NCBI GenBank assembly: GCA_910592345.1
Contig: CAJVPI010000210.1
Coordinates: forward strand, 1-42,389
Direction: 5' to 3'
DNA from: Paraglomus brasilianum
Taxonomy: Eukaryota
DNA length: 42,389 nucleotides
Shown: positions 13,121-24,271 of the stretch, piece after piece
How positions within the stretch are numbered: the first letter of the stretch is position 1
Layout of the letters: every line of letters begins with the position of its first letter
Made by a program: the position numbers and the translations under genes
The notes under the pieces: model-generated
What the model was told of the DNA's origin: nothing
The model's database searches: none
Seen by the model: the letters and a program-made list of their open reading frames with translations, nothing else

Positions 13121-14331
13121 GGTCAATTTGTCCGTCAGTAATAATGAAACGTAGCAAGCTGTTCTGCATTTATATAACTACGAAATCTGATATAACTGAT
13201 CACTATGTTACGATTATGAAACTTGCTAGCCAGATTAAGAAATCTTCTTTGCAACACAGTCAACTTATTTTTAATAATTGGACAAGATCGTCCGAAAGCA
13301 TATTAATATGACGTTAAACCCGAGGTCCTTTTACAAACTGTCCTCAGAGAGCGATTACGGTACACAAAATAATATACATTATAAGACTATCGACAGATAC
13401 AGAAAAGAAAGCTTAAATTGGTTTAAGTATAACTGGTATCTGTAGCGAGTAAACTCTCAGTTTGAAATATTGTCTTACATATATTCGGTATGCGGACTTT
13501 GAATTGACGAAATGATCTAGTTTTATGCTCTTGTCTGCTATGTCGAGCTAGCAAGAATATAATAAATAGAACCTGTTTGTTTTCAACGTACGTATGCTAG
13601 TTTTTCAAAAAGGGTTGTCGATTGTGCATACTATAACTAGTCCTGTGGGTAGAAGAAATGCGAGAGAAACACCAAGAGTTCGACTCTAATAAACTTTGAT
13701 AATGTAAGAGAGTTAAATACTGTTAAACAGAACCTGCTGTTGGGGGGGGAAGGTATTTAACGTGAACTTTCGTCCTTGTGTCACGGTTATCACAACAATT
13801 TCCATAAAAGTCTCGTCGCTGATTGTTCTCACTTGGAGTTGTCCAAATTTGTACATGATGACAATGAAGTATACGCCAATGAGCGAACGGCTACACTCTT
13901 CATGTGATTGTGAATTAAGACTTTTACGTTGCTTCACGTAATAACGCACAGGAGTTTATGTGTCAAATAGTGTGCAAGCCGTAGACCGCAACTGTTTATT
14001 CACTTCGTTTTATTCGTAGTATTGTCTTCAGTGAATCGGGCCCCAAACTATCGCTTCTACTACGCAATCTATTTTAATCATATTTAATACAGATGCTGCG
14101 CACAAGTTAATATGCACAGTGTAACCTCACCAGCATACATAAACCGACCAGAAAATTTTACAGAGAATTTTGCCCTTTGACATCTTTTCTTTCGATTCAA
14201 CCGAAACAACTTGGAAAAACTAATCAAACCGAATTTTTATGACTATATAACACACATTATAAACGCACATTATAAACACACATTCATACATACACACACA
14301 CATATACTTCACACTGCTCATTCATACCGTA
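13121..14331. promoter_or_regulatory. Putative bidirectional promoter of the divergent HMG2/HMG3 pair
   Basis: 1.2-kb head-to-head interval. TATA-like boxes at 13169-13176 (minus) and ~14245-14276 (plus). One GCATATTAA motif ~180-220 bp upstream of each start (13298-13306 and 14107-14115). Confidence 0.5.
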
Positions 14332-15702
14332 ATGCAGCCCTACTCGCCCACTTCTCCATCGTCCCTATCTCTAAAGGACTTGATATCTCTCTACTCCACC
14401 CACTTGACCACCTCCGACATAGGAATTCTCAACGATCCTCCGTATAAACTGACGATCTCCCTCGACATGCTTCTCCCCAATAGTAACTGTCGAGCAGTTC
14501 GCTCTCCTCCTCGTCCCCAAAACCCGTGGATTCTGTTTCGCAAAGACTTCGAGGCGAGGTACAGAAAGCATTCTCCAACCACTCCTGCGAGAAAGATATC
14601 ATCATTCGCAAGTGAAGCATGGAAGACGGGCGGGAGAGACGTTGCAAAATTCTTTGAAGTATTGGCGAAGGTGGCAGCGGTTAGACACCAAATGATATAC
14701 CCAGCATACAAGTTCTCGCCAAAGAAGACCTCGCCAAAGGAAAGAGAATGGGTATTCAAACCAGACCCAAGAAGTGCTAGTGCTCAGTGTGAAGTAATGG
14801 AGGAAGACGACGACAGGAAGGTGGGTGAAGTGAGTGAAAGCATGAAACTTGATGCGGAAAAAGGAATCGGTGTTGAGGAGAGAATAGACGCAGAAGAGAG
14901 AATAAGAATAGAATTAGAAAAGGTAGACGAATTAAGAGTAGAATACTTACAACAAGAGAGCGAAACGAGTCCAGAAATGGAAGAATGCAAAGTGGGAACA
15001 GCATTTTCCACAGACTTTCTTCCGACACCGCAGTCGGATTTGCTTCCTGCGCCAGTCTCAGATGTGACGATCATGTCCCCTGATCCATTCCATCGATTCG
15101 GCTCTCCTGACACGACGTTTGACACGACAGCGTATCCTCAGCTCTTGTCCAACAATGATAATTATGTGCTCTTCATCAATCAAGATGTCAGTGAAATATG
15201 TAACAGTGATCTAATGAATATCGATAAGTTTGGTTTCCCTTTTAATCGTCATGGAATTTGTGTAAGCAATGATATGATTGACAATGGTATTGATGGGGTG
15301 GGGGATGGTGTGGGAAGTGATGTAGTTGATAGTGGTGTGAATGCATGTGATTTTACCAATGAGTTTGTGCAGTATGGTTTGCCAAACATATCTGCGTTAT
15401 TATACGAACAGATTGAAATGGAATACTTTGACTTTGAACTATATGAACAAGAGACTTCTGCAATTGATTCACCACTTTCGTGTTCGCTTGCTCAACTGTC
15501 TGCTCCGCCACCTGGTGTGGGTTCCGCATACTATGGAACCAGGTTTTGCAGCGAATTTCACGAGAGTGAAATAGCAGAAAAGCAACAACCGCAGTCTCAG
15601 TTGGATCAATACCAATTGCAACAGCAGCAGCTGGAAAAGCAACTGGATCCTCAACTGGACTACTTTCAACAGTGTCTCCAAAGTCAATCTCTGTCAAGCT
15701 AA
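14332..15702 (+). CDS. HMG-box protein 3 (MATA-HMG-like), 456 aa
   Basis: PPRPQNPWILFRKDFEARY...ISSFASEAW...FFEVLAKVAAVRHQMIYPAYKFSPKK, followed by a long acidic region and a Gln-rich tail. Single exon. Confidence 0.93.
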   Translation: MQPYSPTSPSSLSLKDLISLYSTHLTTSDIGILNDPPYKLTISLDMLLPNSNCRAVRSPPRPQNPWILFRKDFEARYRKHSPTTPARKISSFASEAWKTGGRDVAKFFEVLAKVAAVRHQMIYPAYKFSPKKTSPKEREWVFKPDPRSASAQCEVMEEDDDRKVGEVSESMKLDAEKGIGVEERIDAEERIRIELEKVDELRVEYLQQESETSPEMEECKVGTAFSTDFLPTPQSDLLPAPVSDVTIMSPDPFHRFGSPDTTFDTTAYPQLLSNNDNYVLFINQDVSEICNSDLMNIDKFGFPFNRHGICVSNDMIDNGIDGVGDGVGSDVVDSGVNACDFTNEFVQYGLPNISALLYEQIEMEYFDFELYEQETSAIDSPLSCSLAQLSAPPPGVGSAYYGTRFCSEFHESEIAEKQQPQSQLDQYQLQQQQLEKQLDPQLDYFQQCLQSQSLSS

Positions 15703-18009
15703 AAAAAAAAAGTCTGCAATATGGCTGCAAACTGGTGAGATTGCTAATGACTGTGATATCGTGCGTTGAAAAAAGTAAATATTTTTGTTAACCTTCCAAC
15801 TGGGATAATTAGGATCTCTCTTCTTGTCGTCTTTGTCTTAGTAGGCCCAAAACTTATTCCAGTCTCTTATCTCACTCGTGGACATTTGCGTAGGCATGAC
15901 TACAGTATTTATATATGAAATATGAATTGTTATTACAACACACACAAAACAACAAAAAAAAAGAACAATATCACACCATAATAATATTACGAATTCAAAA
16001 AACGTGAACGATTCGACACTTACAACGTTTCACTTTACCACTCCCTTTTGTATACTATCGTGTTTTAACCACTTTCCTATTAACATATGTTTCTTGCTTA
16101 TAGAATAGGAATTACTTGTTTGTATTATAGATTGAAGGAAATGGTAGAGGAAGTGTGGCATATATAATAAGTCAGTAAGACTATGATAGTTATATATAAG
16201 TATATGTGGTGGTTAGGGTTAGTGGGAGGTGTATGTGGATGCGAGTATTGTCTCGCTATTACTATATGCTTGTAAGTTGTTTAACTCGTTCCTGCCTGGG
16301 ACATGTTATACTGTAACTAAATAAACACCAAAACATCACTCATTCTCATAGACTTGCAGGACACTTTTGGGTACTAGAATAAGCGGATATGGGTCAATAA
16401 AGTGCATAAAGGAAACGTAAAGACAGTGTATTCGATAAGCTTGGGAAAGAAACCGGTGTTTATTATGCGAGGCGTACAAGCTTTATCTGTGTGATCTGAT
16501 GATATAAGATCACGCCAAAAGATCGGCATCATGATTTTAGAAATTAAAAATATACAAAGTTTACGTTCTTTAGCAACATTCTCTGGTACAGCCCTGAATG
16601 AAATGTAACGGATCACATTTGTGGTTAAAATATAAACATAGCCAAGATTATAAAACAGTAAACTGCTTACGTAAAAGGAAATTGCAGGGACATAAGTGTC
16701 ATTAAATTACTAATAATAAGGAAGACGCTAAACCATAAAGACAGTTATCTTATAATGTCCAATTAGTTTGCATTGTATTTTATTAAAAATACATGTAAAG
16801 CGGATCAAATTTATACTTAAGATTCTATCGGAGTTCAAAACACGTACTAAACACGCTTGATTGAATACCGAATGCAGCATTTAATAAAACCATTATTGAT
16901 ACTGTGGTTACTTCTTGCTTGTTCACATGATTGTTATGCTTACAAACTATTGTCCATGCTCACAAACTCTTCTCCTCGCATAGCCAAGCGCTGTTCGTTG
17001 ATTAATCTACAGATTCTATCGACACCAGTTCCTTTTCAGTTCCATTCAATGTAACGCAACTTACAAGTATTTGATAAATATGGTTTTAATTATAATAACA
17101 GGTCTATTATGATTGTGAATATGGTTAACAAATTGCCAATAAATGGTTAATGTATACGTTTATGCTTTTATGTTTGTCTTCTTTTCTCGATCTATTGGTT
17201 CTTCAGATTAAGTTTTACGAGGTCACTGTACCTGCTAATAGTAAACTACGGCCGGGGCTTTTGTCAGTTTCTACGTCACTGCAACGCCTCAACCTTAAAG
17301 GTTTGCGGACGATGCGTATTGACGTTGCAACTTCGCCTGGAACAATAAAACCGTTTACTTCCTTGGGGATTACTCCTTCGTTGGTTAGTCACGTTACACC
17401 ACATAACAGTGAAATCTGGGTATTTTTCACATTTCAAAATCCGCAGGCTGCTGCGGTCTCGGGTGAAGCAAACAGAAAACCAACGACGAGGCAGATTTCG
17501 AGGGAGGGGTTACAGATAGTGAAAACTTAATTGTGTCATATTTTCTCTGTCCCCGGCCTTAAGACTGGATTCGAAAGATAGTGAAAATAGACAGATTCAA
17601 AGAGTGAAAAATATATGATTGTCGCCTTCCATAAATGATAAACAAGTAATAATCTCAATGATTTTGTCTCCGAGAGAATGAATTCGATTCTGCCAAAAAA
17701 CCAACAAAGTAATCTAGCAACAATGGGAATGGAGCTTTTTAGAGGGTTTGCTTTCATTGTACTACTCAATTCACTTCAATTTGATCAGGGATACGATTTC
17801 GACATACAGTACCCTTAATAGAAATTAGTATTTGCGGAAAAGCTGCCCATGAGACAGATCCTCGGTACTGCAATTGCATTGTTTGTCATTGGTTGAAGTT
17901 ACAGCCGAAAAAATATAAATTGGGGCAGATTTCCATGCCTGCTCGAATAAAAGTTTAATAAATAATAAATACAAACGAACTCGAACTGTATCAAAGTAAT
18001 ATACGAAAA

Positions 18010-18882
18010 ATGGCGACGGAATACAAAGAATGGAAAGATATGGAAGCCGTACTCCATAAAGCGGGAAGCACAGCTCAGCTCGATTGGTTTAAGGGCATCA
18101 CGTACGAAGAATTTTTGATACTACTTGACCCTCCATACGATCTCTCAATGTCGTTTGAAGAACTATTCGCACCAAGCAAAAAACGAAGAGACAGCAAAAC
18201 CCCTCCCCGTCCTTTGAATAGCTGGATTATATTTAACAGAGATTTTACTGTCAAGTACAAGAATTCTGACGATGCAGGCAATAAGGATGGCAGGCGTTTA
18301 GCAACGTCAGCTTCGAAAGCCTGGAAAGAAAAATCACAAGAGCAAACCGAATATTTTAATATTCTTGCGAAAATCGCGGAAAACCTACATAACATTCTGT
18401 ATCCTGATTACAGATATGATCCTTCATGTAAAACGGATAATTCTTCTCGGAGGAAAAAACCCCGTACGAGCTCGACGCAGAGGCGTAAATCAAAAGAAGA
18501 AACCGTGCGCGCTGAAACTGGCATAGAAAACGCTGATAATAACGAACCCACAAACACTTATGTAAATATGGACAATATAGATCTTAATCAAGATATAAAT
18601 GTTGCTAGCATTGAGGGTGGTGACTGGATCTCGCCCTTTTATGACACGATTCTTACTAGTGATCTAGCAAACAAAGATGAAATCGATGCTCTTTATGACG
18701 ACATTACCAGCAGTCCAGATAGTAACATTTATTTCACGCCACAAGAGTCTCCAACTATTGATCGGCCAGTAGAGTATGATGCGCAGCAGTCATTTGAGGA
18801 GTATTTATCATTGTTTACACGAGAAAGCTTTACCGGGGAATTTACGGTTTTCAGCTGTGAACAGCCATTTCGTATTATTTAA
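18010..18882 (+). CDS. HMG-box protein 4 (MATA-HMG-like), 290 aa
   Basis: PPRPLNSWIIFNRDF...ASKAWKE...YFNILAKIAENLHNILYPDYRYDP, basic patch RRKKPR, acidic tail. TATAAA at 17914-17919 and AAAAATGG start context. Confidence 0.93.
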   Translation: MATEYKEWKDMEAVLHKAGSTAQLDWFKGITYEEFLILLDPPYDLSMSFEELFAPSKKRRDSKTPPRPLNSWIIFNRDFTVKYKNSDDAGNKDGRRLATSASKAWKEKSQEQTEYFNILAKIAENLHNILYPDYRYDPSCKTDNSSRRKKPRTSSTQRRKSKEETVRAETGIENADNNEPTNTYVNMDNIDLNQDINVASIEGGDWISPFYDTILTSDLANKDEIDALYDDITSSPDSNIYFTPQESPTIDRPVEYDAQQSFEEYLSLFTRESFTGEFTVFSCEQPFRII

Positions 18883-19322
18883 ATGAACTACTCGAATTTC
18901 AATTTTTTTCCCTCTACGACTTCGTTTTTCGATATATCGATATGCTATTTTCATAGTTAAAAATTAATTACTTCTCGAACATTATATTACAAGCATAAGT
19001 AAATTAAGATTTTAGTTAATTTATTCGTAGTGTCTATATTATTCCTGTATTCTTTTTCCTGCTCAACAATATAAAACCTAAGTTACAATGCTAAGAACAA
19101 CGTGCGAAAGTATTGTTCGCAATGAAACGTCCGAATGGCCATTGAGCCGCTGGTTACTGTTTGTGTATCAAATTATGCTATTTTAAAAAAAAAAGGGGGG
19201 GGAAATACGCAATAAAATCTCAAATCACGTGATTAAAATGAAACATTTACCAATTTTGTACCGGGTTGAGTGGCTGAGTGGCTAGTGTTTCCCTCTTGAT
19301 GACTTTTTTTGTAGACAATGCC

Positions 19323-19435
19323 CATGGTAAATTAGAATAACAAGTATTCATTAAACTTCACCATGCAATACTCATGGTGAATTAGAATAACAAGTACGCC
19401 ACAGTTTCACTCATGGTAAATTAGAATAACAAGTA
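19323..19435. repeat. Three copies of a 24-bp direct repeat with unequal spacers
   Basis: CATGGT(A/G)AATTAGAATAACAAGTA at 19323-19346, 19373-19396 and 19412-19435; spacers of 26 and 15 bp. Confidence 0.9.
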
Positions 19436-20952
19436 AAAGCTAATTTTTCGTTAAAATTCATGTAAACGTTGTATGTAACGTGTGACAGGTCATCGAGCAT
19501 GACGATCAGAACATTTACTTTGCATAGGCAAAGACATTTCATCATAACCAAGAGAAAAGAGGACACAGCGGACAATGAGACGTTATTCTTGTTCAGTCTT
19601 TACTGAGCCTTACGTGTGCAGGATTGCCTTTCCAGACCTCTGATGATGCAAGCGATTCTTAGGTTGCAACACTAACATTATGCTGATTAGTAACTATATG
19701 CTGATTATCTTGCGATCATTTTCATGAGACGATATCAACTTTGAGGTTAACTCTGCCTCGGAAAGAGGTGTATCCTCAGACAATGTATGTCAAAACCAAT
19801 GATGAGAGGGAAAGAATAATTATTACGATATCAATTTTATTTACGTGAGTGTTTATTTAGATACCGGATTTGCCATACTACAAATGCGTTGTTTGAAACA
19901 TGCTATCTTACAACTAGCAGACTAATCAGGAGATTTAACATACTGTAACAGAATCATGGTTGATGTAATGATGACGTATACCAGTTTACAGCTCAGCCGG
20001 ATGTCACTGAATTAAGGATCCGGTGTCTAATACCAAATCGCCTCAAATTTATCGTTCGAATTCTGAATTCTGGATCGCAATAAATTTGCCTTATTGCCAA
20101 GAACATCGGGTAATCCTGATACAGCATATTCTTTCCGATTTGATGCTAGTAAATAACATCGTAAGCGAAAGGGGGCTGGTATTATTTACTATATGATGAG
20201 ATTGATTTCCTTGTTGATTCTAATCACAGACAAAGAACTCTGTCGTGTCTATGTTGTGTCTGGGTTTGAAACCAAGACACTCAGTCCAGAGCTCAGTTGT
20301 CTCAATCCAGAACTGAGACAGGTCCCCCAACGTCTATAGCGGCGTTTTTCCGTTCTGTGTTCGGGATCACCAAAATCGGCGTATGCGCATAGCTACAGAA
20401 ACCTTTAATGTTCCTGCATTGGCTAATAGAAACAATGATCCGAAGGTTAGTTTGGTTAATTATTACTTACTTTGGAACGAGGAAGACATAATATTTCATG
20501 CAAGATATGGGTCTTCTACATAGGTGAAGTCTTTCTCCTGTTTCCCATTTCGGTCTAATAACGAATGTCGTACAATGCCCTGAGCTTATTCAGAAGCAAA
20601 GTGAAAATACAAACAAATAGCAGGGAACGAAGTTGGATAAATTGGCACGCCGTGTCGAGACAAAGATTGACATGTTGCCATAATGGGAACAAGTTCAGAA
20701 CCTCATCAAGCACACTGGGATGAGGCATACGACACTAGCGGACGATTGCCACTAATTACGAGATCGCGTGTCACGCACAGTAAGAAAACGAAACCAGCTT
20801 ACAACTCATTGATTGTCGCGACCATTTACGGGAGACAAGCAGCTCAACCATATTTTTAACAATTGAAGCATCGAGCCATGCTTGGGAAGTTAATACAAGA
20901 CAGTATGCAGTGTACCAATTAATATTTATTGATTCGGATGTTGCTTGAATTA

Positions 20953-21137
20953 CAGTCAAACCTCGATATAATAAAGTCTTGATACAGTGAATTTCGCGCT
21001 ATAATGAAGAATTCCTCTGATCCAATAACAGTATTAGTATAAACTTTACTATATTGAAAGATTTCGATACAGTGAATTTTCGATATAGTGAAGAAAAATG
21101 CCCGTCCCGCTGACTTCGCTATATCGAGGTTTGACTG
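20953..21137. mobile_element. 185-bp pogo/Tc1-mariner-type MITE
   Basis: Perfect 18-bp TIR CAGTCAAACCTCGATATA / TATATCGAGGTTTGACTG, imperfect to ~26 bp. TA on both sides (20951-52, 21138-39). Internal CGAT(A/T)-AGTGAA subrepeats. Confidence 0.92.
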
Positions 21138-21780
21138 TATAGCTTCCGAAAGAGAAATACCCGATTGTCAATAAACAACAGGACAAGTTCAAATAATCGA
21201 GCGGCCAAGACTTTTTAATGTCCTCACGTTGAAATACATCAGACACCTAGCTTGTTTGAGTCTCATTATCATCGACGTTTGAACAAGCATGGCATCTTCG
21301 TACGCTCATAATAATAAGCGGTTAATTGAGAGAACTCTAAGGGGTAGTGTAGAGGCCTGCTAACGAATAATAGCGAGACGAAATTAGCCGACAAATATTT
21401 AATTTTAAACTCATTCAGCTGTCAAAACGTCTGTCGCAATAAAATTTTTTTAAAAAAATTCAACGAGTATAATTGAAAGCATTGTTTGTGTGACAAATGA
21501 ACGGACGTAATTGCGCGTTCAATGACAATATTCGAACGAGTAATATCATTGACTACTTACCAAAAATATCCAACAATGTTTAACGTTTAAGCTAAATATA
21601 CGTCGTCTACCACAAAATTGCCATCCTTGTTTTACAAATTATAACCTTTTATTGAAATATTACAATTCTGGTCCAATAAACGTTGAACATCATCAAAGAA
21701 AAGCTCTAAAATCGAGAAATTCTTTTGGGTAAAGGCCTCTTAGTGAGGTTCAGGCGGTCAAGATGAGTATAGCGAATCCT

Positions 21781-22041
21781 CTCTAAATACAACTCCTCTA
21801 AGCGTAAGCACTATATATTCTTCTCTAAATATAACCCCTCTAAGTGCAAACACTCTCTAAATACAACCCCTCTAGGTGTAAGCACTATATAAATATAACC
21901 TCTCTAAGTGCAAACACTATTATTTAAATATAACCTCTCTCGCAAGCACCTCTCTAGATACAACTCCTCTAAGTGTAAGCACTATATTTTCTCTCTCTCT
22001 AAATGTAACCCCTCTAACTGCAAGCACTATATTTTCCCTCT
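21781..22041. repeat. Minisatellite of ~7 variable-length units (~27-45 bp)
   Basis: Core CTCTAAATAYAACYYCTCTAAGTGYAARCACT with variable pyrimidine/AT linkers. Confidence 0.9.
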
Positions 22042-23239
22042 CTGATTCGGCCCCGAGCCTTTAAGACTATTAAGCATTTCACTCTCTGTAAATGCAAACC
22101 CTCCGTAAATGCAAGTCATGTCTGATTCGGTCATATGGTCCCAATGCATACTGTATATCGAATTAATCGTCCATGCCCTCGTATCGTGTGTGTGTGCAAA
22201 CAAATCTACAAATGTCTTTGCTACCGCGTTAATTCATGTATGCTTCTACTGCTTTGAAAACGGAGCACTGGTTTGTACAGTCGGTATGTATACCACGTTT
22301 TAGCGTCGCTTACGGGATATTCATGTTGAGCTGGTCGCTCATATGCTGGTATGACGCATCATATTATAGCATGTTTAGAAACAATTCGAAGCTGGTTCTA
22401 TTAACAATACATTAGGAAAAGACGGCGACTATCCACAGGAACAATTATTTCTTAAACCTCTTGTTAACGTATCAGCAATCTCTTGAACAAACCATCTCGC
22501 TCCGTAAAGCTGTTCCCCACCAAAGTCAAGGCGCACGCCGGCCAAACAAATGCTCTTTCGTCATGAATAACTAGGTGAAGTTACTTAACTGGACCATTCC
22601 TTCTCTCCATTAACCAAAGATGCCTCCGACACATATAGCGTACTTGGTGTTTGTAGAGCTTCATTCAACACTCACGGTGATTGCGCTCTTACTGTCTCAA
22701 TATTCATTTGCTTGACATATCTATAGTCCTGTTATAGCGATTCGAAAGGCTCTCTCGTCCAGCATTACAACTTTTCTCTCAACAACAGCAGCCCAAGAAG
22801 GTTTCTGTTAGACAGCTATCACTGGACTGCCCATAATATATAAAGAACCGACCGTCAAATTCGAGTGTATGAGTGCTAAAGAATGTTTCATTGTTTATGT
22901 CTAGAAGCGTCAGATCAGTGAACCAAGTCCTGCAAACTTGCTAAAAGCTATTAATAACTTTGATATATACGAGTAAGAAAGCCAAACGTTCATTTCCCCT
23001 CAATGGGCGAAATTACTAAATGCAGATCACTCAAATAAAGTTCAACCAATAGCAATCTTCTCTATAAATATATATGTATAAATTAACGTAATGTAAATCT
23101 GATGTTTATTCACAAGTCCACGTAATACATGCGATAAAAAGTTGTTATGATACAAAAAAGTTCCTACAATTTTCCTCAAAGATATAAAAAGTTGATACAA
23201 GAAAGGTTGTCTTCCACGCCCATTGTAATAACAATGTTA

Positions 23240-24271
23240 TCAATTTCCGTAAACACCACCATTCCCATCTCCAAAAGAAGGAGACGTAATTCCATAATTC
23301 TCATTATATAAAATTGGAGCAAATAATGGATTATTGTAAGATTCACTGTTCATACGCAAATATTCTAAATTGAAGTTTGGAATTAATGGAATAAGCGAGT
23401 TGTTCTGCACACTCGTCCCTCTACCATCATCCGGTAATACGATTGTTTCTAGACTTGTGTTATCTCCCGCAAACTCAAAATTGTTGCTGCCATCATCTAC
23501 GTAAACATAAGATTTATCAACTGGATCGTAAGCAAACTCTGGTCTTCCTAGCGGATTCATCGAAGACCGCCTTCGTTCCCGTGGCCGAGGTTTAAATTTG
23601 TATTCGGGATACATGGCCTTGTGACGGCGCTTGGCAATCTCGGCCAGACCGTTAAACCACTTTTTTGCATCGTCGCTTAGCTTGTCCCACTCTGGTTTTG
23701 CATTTTTAACGATTTTCTGAGCGTCTGCACCAGAACCGTTGGAAAGTAATTTTAACCTAGCTGCGTAATCTTTAGAAAATAGTATCCAACTGTTTGGCGG
23801 ACGCGGTGGAGGTTTTTTGCTGTTGCGAGGTCGTTTGCTTGGTGCTAATAGTTCGTCAATCGACAGCGTCAGGTCGTATGGACAGTTTGTTGGAATTTCC
23901 GAGTCGGATAGAGATGAAGTGGGTTCAGGAACAGAAGTGTTATCAGAGTATATTGTGGAATGGGAAGTAGTGTTTCTAATTGTTTTTGTTGTTGTCGATG
24001 CAGAACGACTTGTAGAATTTATGGTAGAATGTATATTTGACATTTTCGAAGAGCAAAATTGCGAGTCTGGTAATGAAGATTGTTGAAATATTGATTGTAA
24101 TAAATGCTGTTGTGATGGAAATTGCCGTATTTGTGTTTGTAGTAATTCTTGTGATGTTCTATGACTATCGCTATCTGTGAATGAGTTTGGTGGAAATGAA
24201 AATGATGCCGATGACGAGAACGAGTGGCGACGAGAAGATAGAGATTGTGCAGAATGCTGCTGCGTTTGCAT
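23240..24271 (-). CDS. HMG-box protein 5 (MATA-HMG-like) with Ser/Thr/Gln-rich N-terminus, 343 aa
   Basis: PPRPPNSWILFSKDY...AKPEWDKLSDDAKKWFNGLAEIAKRRHKAMYPEYKFKPRPR. TATAAA on the minus strand at 24333-24338. Confidence 0.94.
   Translation of the reverse strand: MQTQQHSAQSLSSRRHSFSSSASFSFPPNSFTDSDSHRTSQELLQTQIRQFPSQQHLLQSIFQQSSLPDSQFCSSKMSNIHSTINSTSRSASTTTKTIRNTTSHSTIYSDNTSVPEPTSSLSDSEIPTNCPYDLTLSIDELLAPSKRPRNSKKPPPRPPNSWILFSKDYAARLKLLSNGSGADAQKIVKNAKPEWDKLSDDAKKWFNGLAEIAKRRHKAMYPEYKFKPRPRERRRSSMNPLGRPEFAYDPVDKSYVYVDDGSNNFEFAGDNTSLETIVLPDDGRGTSVQNNSLIPLIPNFNLEYLRMNSESYNNPLFAPILYNENYGITSPSFGDGNGGVYGN

Noticed and set aside
15700..15711. A-run fused to the HMG3 stop codon as a retrocopy poly(A) scar
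   Set aside because: A-runs of this length are common in the window, there is no TSD, and it directly abuts the stop with no UTR.
12413..15730. Antisense and alternate-frame ORFs overlapping the HMG genes (poly-V/poly-L etc.; also at 8032, 18075, 23817, 28077, 28887)
   Set aside because: Shadows of the real coding strand and of trinucleotide repeats, with no independent motifs.
16211..16222. GGTTAGGGTTAG telomere-like sequence
   Set aside because: Fewer than two full units; expected by chance.
17150..17530. 126-aa ORF with a possible splice acceptor near 17207
   Set aside because: Could be an orphan exon, but no upstream exon or family similarity could be supported.
19323..19435. CRISPR-like repeat-spacer look
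   Set aside because: Eukaryotic context, only three repeats, unequal and partly similar spacers, and no cas genes.
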